From a virus: 41,370 nucleotides of DNA. The stretch is taken from IMG/VR virus record IMGVR_UViG_3300045988_025431, positions 1-41,370 of that record; one strand, 5' to 3'. Shown here one piece after another: positions 33,049 through 39,460 of this stretch. Position numbers and translations under genes: made by a program. Position 1 is the first letter of the stretch, and every line of letters begins with the position of its first letter. Below the pieces are notes generated by a model. It worked only from the letters and a program-made list of their open reading frames with translations, searched no databases and was not told the origin of the DNA.

Positions 33049-33788
33049 TACACATACCCCCAAGCGTCCTCGCATTTGAAGCCGGGGCCTTTCGCGCCCT
33101 TGCGGCCACCGCGATCCTGTTCTTTGGCAAGCCAGCGAGTAATGAATCCACGCACACCTTTCGGCGTTTTGCGCTTTGCTGGGTTATTTATGCACCATTC
33201 CCGCATCTCACGCAACTGCTGTATCACGTCGACAGCAGGGTATACGCCCGCCCATTCCTGGCATTGCTCCTGCGATACCGGATATTCAGTGCCGTCATTG
33301 AGGGGGATGGAAACCACCGGCGGGGATGCCGTTTGCGGCTCGCCGCCTACTTCTTCTGGATTCTGGATTCTGGATTCTGGATTCTGGATTGGATTACGGG
33401 CACATTTGCTTTCACCTGCTTGCAATTGATTGCACTTGATTTCAGGTGTAATCAATCCGTCAGCAGGTGCCGGGAATTTGCTTACTTTGTTCCTCACCGT
33501 CTGGTGCTCGCTCCAGTTCGGAAAACATAGGTACGGTTCTCCGTCAACTTCATAGAGGATCACAGAGCCTATGGTCGCCAATTCTGCAAGCGTCTTACTG
33601 ATCGTTCCCTCAGTCACACCTTTTCTGCGGGGGAATACAAAGCCTTTGAGCAATTCCGGGTCTGCGCTGCCGCGCCCATAATCATCAACGTAGGTGATCA
33701 GGTACGCCCACAATCGGAATTGGAAATCCGACATTGCGTTGATGCTTTTGCTCGTCCTGATGCTATCCTTGATGATCCTGTTCGGCAT
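33048..33788 (-). CDS. phage replisome organizer / replication initiation protein
   Basis: The N-terminal FQFRLWAYLITYVDDYGRG...LCFPNWSEHQ pattern is typical of replisome-organizer N-terminal domains. The gene lies next to ssb. Confidence 0.65.
   Translation of the reverse strand: MPNRIIKDSIRTSKSINAMSDFQFRLWAYLITYVDDYGRGSADPELLKGFVFPRRKGVTEGTISKTLAELATIGSVILYEVDGEPYLCFPNWSEHQTVRNKVSKFPAPADGLITPEIKCNQLQAGESKCARNPIQNPESRIQNPEEVGGEPQTASPPVVSIPLNDGTEYPVSQEQCQEWAGVYPAVDVIQQLREMREWCINNPAKRKTPKGVRGFITRWLAKEQDRGGRKGAKGPGFKCEDAWGYV
33354..33388. repeat. heptanucleotide tandem repeat TTCTGGA x5 inside the replisome organizer gene
   Basis: Five perfect copies with partial copies on both flanks. They encode NPIQNPESRIQNPEE in the linker of the protein. 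Confidence 0.9.
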
Positions 33789-33800
33789 TCACCCACCGCC

Positions 33801-34199
33801 TTAGAACGGGAGGTCCCCATCGTCCGCGATTTCGCTGAAACCGCCCTGCGCTTCGCTCTGCGCCGCGTCCCCGCCGTCCCGCTTGGAATCGCCAAAGTAC
33901 ACGTTGTCGGCCACGATCTCGGCGCTGCGGCGTTTATTGCCGTTCTTGTCCGTCCAGTCACGCAGCTGCAAGCGGCCCTCCACCACGGCCATGCGGCCCT
34001 TAGAGAAGTACTTGCTCACAAACTCGGCGGAGTTGCGCCATGCCACCACATCAATGAAATCCGTTTCCTTCTCGCCGGACTGGGACTTGAAATCCCGATC
34101 CACCGCCACGGTGAAGGATGCCACCGCCGTGCCGCTGTTGGTGCGGCGCAATTCAGGGTCACGGGTCATCCGGCCCATCACAATAATTCTGTTCAGCAT
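33801..34199 (-). CDS. ssb: single-stranded DNA-binding protein
   Basis: OB-fold N-terminus MLNRIIVMGRMTRDPELR and an acidic tail ending DDGDLPF. Confidence 0.9.
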   Translation of the reverse strand: MLNRIIVMGRMTRDPELRRTNSGTAVASFTVAVDRDFKSQSGEKETDFIDVVAWRNSAEFVSKYFSKGRMAVVEGRLQLRDWTDKNGNKRRSAEIVADNVYFGDSKRDGGDAAQSEAQGGFSEIADDGDLPF

Positions 34200-34501
34200 G
34201 AAATAGCTCCCTTTCTGTAAATCATGTCCTCCCGGTTCCAATCCGGGTAAAATGCTTTCATGTGCGTCACCAGCCGCACGTAGATGCGCTCGCGGTCTCT
34301 TAATGGCCCCTCGTCATACAGGCGGTGGCAGCGGGGGCAGAGGGTCACAATGTTCTGTTCAATTCCCTTGCCCCCTTGGGATCGCCGTACCACATGGGCC
34401 ACAGGTGCGCCTGCGGGAGACCCGCAGATCACGCACTGGTGATTGTCCCGTGCCCATACCACAACTTTCACGGATTGCGGAATGGCCGTCGCCTTTGTCA
34501 T
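34193..34501 (-). CDS. HNH endonuclease
   Basis: HQCVICG...HVVRRSQGG...NIVTLCPRCH. The start is set at the ATGA overlap with the upstream stop. Confidence 0.8.
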   Translation of the reverse strand: MTKATAIPQSVKVVVWARDNHQCVICGSPAGAPVAHVVRRSQGGKGIEQNIVTLCPRCHRLYDEGPLRDRERIYVRLVTHMKAFYPDWNREDMIYRKGAISC

Positions 34502-35031
34502 TTTGTGCATCCCCATTCCTCCATCATCCCCGCCAGCTTGTCCGGAGGCATGGTCTCAATGCCTTGCTCCTGGCAATCTTGAACGATTAAATCAATAAGC
34601 CTGGACATTTGCGCGGTATCGTAGGTGCTGGAACCGTAGTACAAAACCACCCTGACGCAGCCGGGGAGCTTGCTTGGCATGGTATCTGTCTGCCAGCCAA
34701 GCCCGTTATGCTCCCAACCGCTCTGGAGCTTGTCCGCTGCTTCCGCTGTCACGCACACCGTTTCGTTGTTCCCGCCGATTTCTCGGATATACCGTCGGTA
34801 GATTTCCGTTTTGGGAATCCGAAGCTTTTCAGCCAGCCGGTCAATCAACAGCCATGCGTAGGCGTTGGAATCGAGGCTCCGCTTCTCCCGGTGTTCCTTG
34901 ATCTCCACGTCGTAGACCTTGCCGGGTTTCAGGCTGTCCAGTGTCCGCCGTGCGTCCTTGGTCTGGATGCAGAGCCAGTCCCCGGCACTGTCCATAGACC
35001 AGCGGAACGATGTGGCATTAACCTGCTGCAT
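34498..35031 (-). CDS. NinB/Orf-like recombination mediator (tentative)
   Basis: EKRSLDSNAYAWLLIDRLAEKL parallels lambda NinB NRSLDQNRKLWACLGDVSRQV, and the C-terminal segment SSTYDTAQMSRLIDLIVQDCQEQGIE is similar. The RBS is AAGGAGG. Confidence 0.5.
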   Translation of the reverse strand: MQQVNATSFRWSMDSAGDWLCIQTKDARRTLDSLKPGKVYDVEIKEHREKRSLDSNAYAWLLIDRLAEKLRIPKTEIYRRYIREIGGNNETVCVTAEAADKLQSGWEHNGLGWQTDTMPSKLPGCVRVVLYYGSSTYDTAQMSRLIDLIVQDCQEQGIETMPPDKLAGMMEEWGCTK

Positions 35032-35671
35032 CGTTGGCCTCCTTGGCCTCGGATACGCACTTCTCGCACAGCGCATAGCCGTACAGTTCCTTCGCTCTCG
35101 CCGCCAGACGTGCCGCCTTCACCGTGGCCCTGCCGTCAAAGTAATCCATCACCTGACCGCCGCAGCGCTCACAGATAACGGTGGCATCGCCCTGCGGAGG
35201 CAATCTGTACTCCGGCTTCTGCCGCGTTGGGATTGCCGGTTCCTTCGGCCTGCTTGGCTCCGGCGTTTCCGCGTCCGGGTCCTTCATTTCCTCGGTGGGG
35301 ATGCAGAATACCTGAAAAAACGCATATTTCATGGCAATTGCCATCGCCTTGTTGCTGGCCTTGTCTCCGCTGTCCATGCCCTCGCCGATCACAACCGCCG
35401 AAACGCTGGTGCCGTCCTCCGCGTAGAACGTGTATCTGATTTTCAGCATGGAATACAGCAGCGTACCGCCCTTGTTGGTCACACGATCCTCCCGTGACTG
35501 ATCGATCACCTCCGGCACAACGAATACCTTGTGCTTGGACAGGATCGGCTGCAGTGCGTTCATCACATCGTCGATGCCGCGATACTTGAATCCCTGCTGC
35601 TGGTTCTTCTTATCCTTCCCGATTGCCGGAATCTCCTGCATGATCGCGGTAATGCTTTCAAAGATATTCAT
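35018..35671 (-). CDS. erf: ERF-family single-strand annealing protein
   Basis: The N-terminus IMQEIPAIGKDKKNQQQGFKYRGIDDVMNALQPILSKHKVFV is typical of ERF. A zinc-ribbon-like CERCG...CEKC lies at the C-terminus. Confidence 0.8.
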   Translation of the reverse strand: MNIFESITAIMQEIPAIGKDKKNQQQGFKYRGIDDVMNALQPILSKHKVFVVPEVIDQSREDRVTNKGGTLLYSMLKIRYTFYAEDGTSVSAVVIGEGMDSGDKASNKAMAIAMKYAFFQVFCIPTEEMKDPDAETPEPSRPKEPAIPTRQKPEYRLPPQGDATVICERCGGQVMDYFDGRATVKAARLAARAKELYGYALCEKCVSEAKEANDAAG

Positions 35672-36153
35672 CACTTCACCCCCACGCTATAACCAGCCAC
35701 CAGCTCCGCGCCGGGGACGGCTTCTGTTTTCAGGATCTTGGCAAGCCCCGCCTTGCTGATGGTCGGCTCCGCATACTGGATGCAGTCCTCATGTGCGTGG
35801 TCCTGCAGCCATGCCAAAACGGCGTCAGGATCAGCCACATTCACGCTGGTAGTCTTACGGAAGTTCACCGCGCAGCGGGGGGATTCAAATTTCTGACCCT
35901 GCAAAGCATACGCCAGATAGTCCTTGAGACGCTGGGCCTTGTTCTCCGCCGCCTTCTGCCGTTCGGCAAAGGCAAGCTTCTCAGCCTTGTACGCAGCGGC
36001 ATCCGCCACCAGATTCTTGTAATATAGCGCAATGTTCTCGATCTTCTGATCCCGTGCCATGCTCAGTTGGTCGAAGGCGTCAAAGTCGCTAACCTCGCCG
36101 GTCTCCGGGTCTACCAGGGCCGTAATGGCCGCATCAATTTCGTAAAGGTTCAT
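35671..36153 (-). CDS. Siphovirus Gp157-family protein
   Basis: MNLYEIDAAITAL..., a central coiled coil, then FESPRCAVNFRKTTSV. The overall pattern matches the Gp157 family. Confidence 0.7.
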   Translation of the reverse strand: MNLYEIDAAITALVDPETGEVSDFDAFDQLSMARDQKIENIALYYKNLVADAAAYKAEKLAFAERQKAAENKAQRLKDYLAYALQGQKFESPRCAVNFRKTTSVNVADPDAVLAWLQDHAHEDCIQYAEPTISKAGLAKILKTEAVPGAELVAGYSVGVK

Positions 36154-36359
36154 GCTTTCCTCCTATATCTCGCAAACCGCACGGTCTCGCCGTAGCGGTT
36201 CTTCTGTGTGACCGTCTCCACGTCCAGCGCCACGCCGTCCCGCCGCAAGTCAGAGACCCGCGCCGTGAAATTGGCGATGCCGCACTCACTCATGGCCTCG
36301 GCCCGTGTGATGCTGCCGTGTTCATCCAGATACTTCAAAATTCGCTCACACTGCGTCAT
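36150..36359 (-). CDS. winged-helix DNA-binding protein (69 aa)
   Basis: Start trimmed to ATG 36359. Motif: ILKYLDEHGSITRAEAMSECGIANFTARVSDLRRDG. Confidence 0.6.
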   Translation of the reverse strand: MTQCERILKYLDEHGSITRAEAMSECGIANFTARVSDLRRDGVALDVETVTQKNRYGETVRFARYRRKA

Positions 36360-36360
36360 A

Positions 36361-36570
36361 TCAGCCCTCCGGGATGTCGATGATCGCCACCCCCATGGCC
36401 CGTGCCACGGTCTCCGGGTCGCTGTCCACCGCATCCTTCATCCACTCCTTGAAGCACTCCGGGCAGTAGCACTCGCCGTTGATCAAAAACCCGGGGGCCA
36501 CGTCATCGTAAAGGCCGGGGTCCATCACCGTGGAACAGTGGGCGCACACCGGATATATCTTGCATCTCAT
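36361..36570 (-). CDS. zinc-ribbon small protein (69 aa)
   Basis: Start at the ATGA overlap. Motif: CAHC...CPEC. Confidence 0.5.
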   Translation of the reverse strand: MRCKIYPVCAHCSTVMDPGLYDDVAPGFLINGECYCPECFKEWMKDAVDSDPETVARAMGVAIIDIPEG

Positions 36571-36767
36571 TTCCACGCATCCCCTCTCTGCCACGCCTTC
36601 GTGGCGCTGTTCTGGCTGGTGTAACCGCCGGTCTTGGCGCCGCAGAACCCGCAGCGCACGTAATGCTTAAACGGCGCGTCCGTGGATTGCACCCGCTCAC
36701 CGCTGTCCGTCCCGCACACCGGGCAGGGCGATAGCGGCATCCGCTCTTTTCGATTCCTTGCGTTCAT
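36567..36767 (-). CDS. Lar-like zinc-ribbon protein (66 aa)
   Basis: PCPVCG...VRCGFCGAKT...ATKAWQRG follows the Lar-family layout. It has an ATGA overlap with the upstream ORF. Confidence 0.5.
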   Translation of the reverse strand: MNARNRKERMPLSPCPVCGTDSGERVQSTDAPFKHYVRCGFCGAKTGGYTSQNSATKAWQRGDAWK

Positions 36768-36886
36768 CTCGCACTCACCACCATATACGACAGGGCAATC
36801 AATAAAAGCGCCAGAAAGCACATGAAGCCCATCCATGCGGAGGCATCCGCCTTCCGCTGCTCCCGCGTCCGTCTGTCACGCTTCAT
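36764..36886 (-). CDS. small membrane protein (40 aa)
   Basis: ATG 36886 follows GAGGGGAGGGG. It has one TM segment (WMGFMCFLALLLIALSYMVV). Confidence 0.4.
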   Translation of the reverse strand: MKRDRRTREQRKADASAWMGFMCFLALLLIALSYMVVSAR

Positions 36887-36980
36887 GCCGTCCCCTCCCC
36901 TCAATGAAATCCACGAGCTTGAAGGGCCACGTGGCCGCATACGCCACACCCAGAATTATAAAAAACAGACTCCAATCCAT
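36876..36980 (-). CDS. small membrane peptide (34 aa, MDWSLFFIILGVAYAATWPF...)
   Basis: Its ATG overlaps the stop of 36980..37234 (TGATG). It is hydrophobic and below the track cutoff. Confidence 0.35.
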   Translation of the reverse strand: MDWSLFFIILGVAYAATWPFKLVDFIEGRGRHEA

Positions 36981-37234
36981 CACCGGCACCTCACTAACTG
37001 CGCCAGTTCCTGCGCGTCAAATTTCAAAAGCTTGTCCAGCTTGTCCAGGTCATCCAGCGTCATGCGCGTTATACCGCAGATTCGCTTGCTGACCCATGCG
37101 TCCGGCAGGCCCATAGCCCGTTCCATACTTCGCTGGTTCCGGTATCCCCGTAAATGTGCCTTGCTTTCGATCAGGTTCCGGCGGAAGTCGATCCGATCCT
37201 GCCGCATATCCCGATTCAACTTTACTTTCGGCAT
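36980..37234 (-). CDS. small HTH-like regulatory protein (84 aa)
   Basis: Track ORF. MERAMGLPDAWVSKRICGITRMTLDDLDKLDKLL resembles an XRE-type HTH. Confidence 0.6.
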   Translation of the reverse strand: MPKVKLNRDMRQDRIDFRRNLIESKAHLRGYRNQRSMERAMGLPDAWVSKRICGITRMTLDDLDKLDKLLKFDAQELAQLVRCR

Positions 37235-37262
37235 TGCATTTTCCTTTCCCCTGTGCTATACT
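37234..37262 (+). promoter_or_regulatory. near-consensus sigma-70 promoter on the plus strand (TTGCAT - 17 nt - TGcTATACT)
   Basis: -35 TTGCAT at 37234-37239, a 17-nt spacer, an extended -10 TG at 37254-37255, and -10 TATACT at 37257-37262. Confidence 0.6.
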
Positions 37263-37268
37263 CAGCAC

Positions 37269-37336
37269 AAGAACACACTCCCCGTTGTTCTGCTTGCGCT
37301 CCGCCCGGTCTGATCCACCGGACGGGGCATTTTTTT
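37269..37336 (+). ncRNA. candidate ~68-nt small RNA antisense to the cro-downstream early mRNA
   Basis: It starts about 7 nt after the -10. Hairpin 1 is 37270-37275/37286-37291 with the C-rich loop CACUCCCCGU. Hairpin 2 is 37298-37309/37317-37328, followed by A plus seven U (37330-37336). Confidence 0.5.
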
Positions 37337-37342
37337 GCGAGC

Positions 37343-37549
37343 TCATGTCCGTGTCCTCCGCTTTTTAAGCAGGTCATCCACCGTCACGCCGAAATAGTCT
37401 GCAATGGCCTTTAAGGTGTCTACACGTGGGGACGATTCACGCTTGGCCCACTTCCCGATCGCTCCGTTGCCGATCCCGCACCGCTTCTCCAGCTCGGCAA
37501 TCGTGATCTTGTTCTTCACACACAAACGCTTGACATTTTCGTAGATCAA
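37343..37549 (-). CDS. Cro-like XRE-family HTH regulator (68 aa, TTG start)
   Basis: NVKRLCVKNKITIAELEKRCGIGNGAIGKWAKRESSPRVDTLKAIADYFGVTVDDLL, with an AAGGAGGG RBS. It is divergent from the CI-like gene. Confidence 0.8.
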   Translation of the reverse strand: MIYENVKRLCVKNKITIAELEKRCGIGNGAIGKWAKRESSPRVDTLKAIADYFGVTVDDLLKKRRTRT

Positions 37550-37770
37550 AGATCTCCCTCCTTTCAGAAACTCAGCATAGAAAATATTGAGGTTTCAAGC
37601 TCCCCTCTTGACAAACTGATAGAAAATGCGCTATTATTGTGTTGCAGATACAATTTATCAATTTCTAAAGCTCGCATTTGTGGGGGCTTGGTTTTTGTTA
37701 CCCTCTGAAAGCTATTATAGTAGCGAACTCGCTACTTGTCAATAGCTAATCCGCTACTATTGGATTATTT
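37550..37770. promoter_or_regulatory. genetic switch region with divergent promoters and operator-like repeats
   Basis: Minus-strand promoter: TTGATA (37661-37656), 17 nt, AATAAT (37638-37633). Plus-strand candidates: TTGACA 37608-37613, and TTGTCA 37736-37741 with TATTGG 37758-37763. There is an 18-bp palindrome AGTAGCGAACTCGCTACT at 37719-37736 plus an extra half-site CGCTACT at 37752-37758. ATAGAAAAT occurs twice. Confidence 0.6.
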
Positions 37771-37776
37771 TTGCTT

Positions 37777-38220
37777 ATGAATATTCGTAATCAGGCCATC
37801 GTTGCTAATATTAAAGATATTGCGACAATGCGCCGAACAACAATTAAACAGATTGAAAAAGATTTAGGTTTTGGAAACGGAATGATTGGGAAGTGGAAGT
37901 CTGCGCCCAAAAGCCCTCCGTTTGAAAAAATCGAAATGATCGCAGAGTATCTCGGTGTCACGGTAGATGATCTGACCGGCACCGCAGATACCCAGGCAGA
38001 ATACCCGGAGCTGTGGGCTGCTGCGGAAGCAAAGATCCGTATGGATGATGCTTTGGCAGGCATAAAAAAAGACGCCCCCGGCCCGCAGGCCGAGAGCGAT
38101 TTGGAGCGGAGGTTCAGAGCTGCTGCTGCAAAGCTTCCTCCTGATTTTCTGGAGCGTGAGATTGCGTATCTGGAACAGAAAGCGCAGCAGCTGCACGTTC
38201 CAACTGATTCAGATATGTAA
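37777..38220 (+). CDS. CI-like XRE-family repressor (147 aa)
   Basis: HTH IKQIEKDLGFGNGMIGKWKSAPKSPPFEKIEMIAEYLGVTVDDLTG. It is divergent from cro and on the same strand as the integrase. No obvious SD precedes ATG 37777, so the mRNA may have a short leader or none. Confidence 0.75.
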   Translation: MNIRNQAIVANIKDIATMRRTTIKQIEKDLGFGNGMIGKWKSAPKSPPFEKIEMIAEYLGVTVDDLTGTADTQAEYPELWAAAEAKIRMDDALAGIKKDAPGPQAESDLERRFRAAAAKLPPDFLEREIAYLEQKAQQLHVPTDSDM

Positions 38221-38284
38221 GCTGTTCCTCCGGTGGCAGGTGCTTCCATAACGTCACCAGCCGTTCGATTGCTGCGTCGTCCAT
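38114..38284 (-). CDS. 56-aa protein encoded antisense to the 3' end of the repressor gene (candidate antirepressor/regulator)
   Basis: ATG 38284 follows an AAAGGAGC RBS and lies downstream of the strong promoter at 38359-38331. Sequence: MDDAAIERLVTLWKHLPPEEQLTYLNQLERAAAAL.... It overlaps the repressor gene by 107 nt on the opposite strand. Confidence 0.4.
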   Translation of the reverse strand: MDDAAIERLVTLWKHLPPEEQLTYLNQLERAAAALSVPDTQSHAPENQEEALQQQL

Positions 38285-38330
38285 GTTCCGTGCTCCTTTC
38301 GTTCGTACATTCGTTCGATTCATGTTTTTT

Positions 38331-38359
38331 AGTATAGTACTTCTGTTTTGAGATTGCAA
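38331..38359 (-). promoter_or_regulatory. near-consensus sigma-70 promoter on the minus strand (TTGCAA - 17 nt - TATACT)
   Basis: -35 at 38359-38354, a 17-nt spacer, and -10 at 38336-38331. It points into the 3' end of the repressor gene. Confidence 0.6.
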
Positions 38360-38401
38360 CCAGAATTTATTAGAAACTAAAAGTTGTGCGGGGGGATATA
38401 A

Positions 38402-39157
38402 ATGGATGCAGGGAAATTTATTACATCGTTTTTAGCTGATTTTCTTATTACTGTCATCGCCTACGGATTAGGCCCAATTCTCCTTTTAGAATTTCATAAG
38501 GGGCCAATATCTCCCAAAAAGCTAAAGTGGTTTCATATCATCTACACGATTATAGTTTCTTTCACCTTTAATATCATCATGTCTTTGCTTGGGCTTAGAC
38601 AAGTTGGAAGTTTTACCCCGGCCATTATATGGGGAACTGTTTTCTATCGGATCAATAAAAAGAATTTTGATCAACGGGCAAAAGCCATTCCCTCCGATAC
38701 CTACACCAAGCAGGAAGCCAAAATGAAACAGTTTGTTGTGGACGATGCCACCGGCGAGGTCATCAGCGAACCGCCTGCCGAAGAACCGAAGCCAATAACC
38801 CTGGAATACCATCCCGATTTCCAGCTGCAAGGCCCGCCGGAAGAGCCGGAGCCACCTGTGGAATCTCCTGCGCCGCCCCAGAAGCCCGCTGGGAAATCTT
38901 ATGCCCCACTGTGCATTGTCCTCGGTATCTTGCTTGCCGCCAGCCTTGCCGGGAATATGGCTCAAAGCTATATGTCTGCAAGCAAACTGGAAGAGATAAA
39001 CATCGAGATGGAAAGCCTACAAACTGAAGTAAAAAAATTGAATGGCGTAATCTCGTTTCTGCGAGATGAAAACGATCGGCTTGATTCGGAATTGTCCAAG
39101 CCAACGCGCGCTTCTGATATACCGCACTTCCGATATACAAGGGGGAACGATCGATAA
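38402..39157 (+). CDS. membrane protein with N-terminal TM bundle, Pro/Glu-rich linker, further TM segment and C-terminal coiled coil (251 aa)
   Basis: Track ORF. TM segments include FLADFLITVIAYGLGPILLL, IIYTIIVSFTFNIIMSLLGL and APLCIVLGILLAASLAGN. The coiled coil is LEEINIEMESLQTEVKKLNGVISFLRDENDRLDSEL. The local GC content is low. Confidence 0.7.
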   Translation: MDAGKFITSFLADFLITVIAYGLGPILLLEFHKGPISPKKLKWFHIIYTIIVSFTFNIIMSLLGLRQVGSFTPAIIWGTVFYRINKKNFDQRAKAIPSDTYTKQEAKMKQFVVDDATGEVISEPPAEEPKPITLEYHPDFQLQGPPEEPEPPVESPAPPQKPAGKSYAPLCIVLGILLAASLAGNMAQSYMSASKLEEINIEMESLQTEVKKLNGVISFLRDENDRLDSELSKPTRASDIPHFRYTRGNDR

Positions 39158-39460
39158 AGCCCCGTTGAAAACCTTTGCCTTAGAACCCCACATTGGGTTT
39201 ATTTGTATGATTCCAGTATACCATAGGTAGCAGAAAAAGAAAACCAATAAGTTCCCCCGCCCCGCCGCCTCTGCAACAAGCGGCGGAGCCGGGGGCAGCA
39301 AGCTGGGGGGGCTTGCCGTGATGTAACCGTAACAGAAACAGGGTAGGTAGAGCAATTTTCAAATTTGGGTATTCGACACCATCCGACAAATTGTTACAAA
39401 ACAAAAATTGGTACTCTGCCTGTCCATATCTTGCCTGATTATGCAGGAGGGGGTATTTTT

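Noticed and set aside
37050-37346. 98-aa ORF whose ATG overlaps the cro stop (ATGA)
   Set aside because: After about 37 codons it overlaps, out of frame, the better-supported HTH gene 36980..37234, and its sequence is low-complexity. Its unique part coincides with the promoter/hairpin/T-run unit on the opposite strand. A short coupled peptide cannot be fully excluded.
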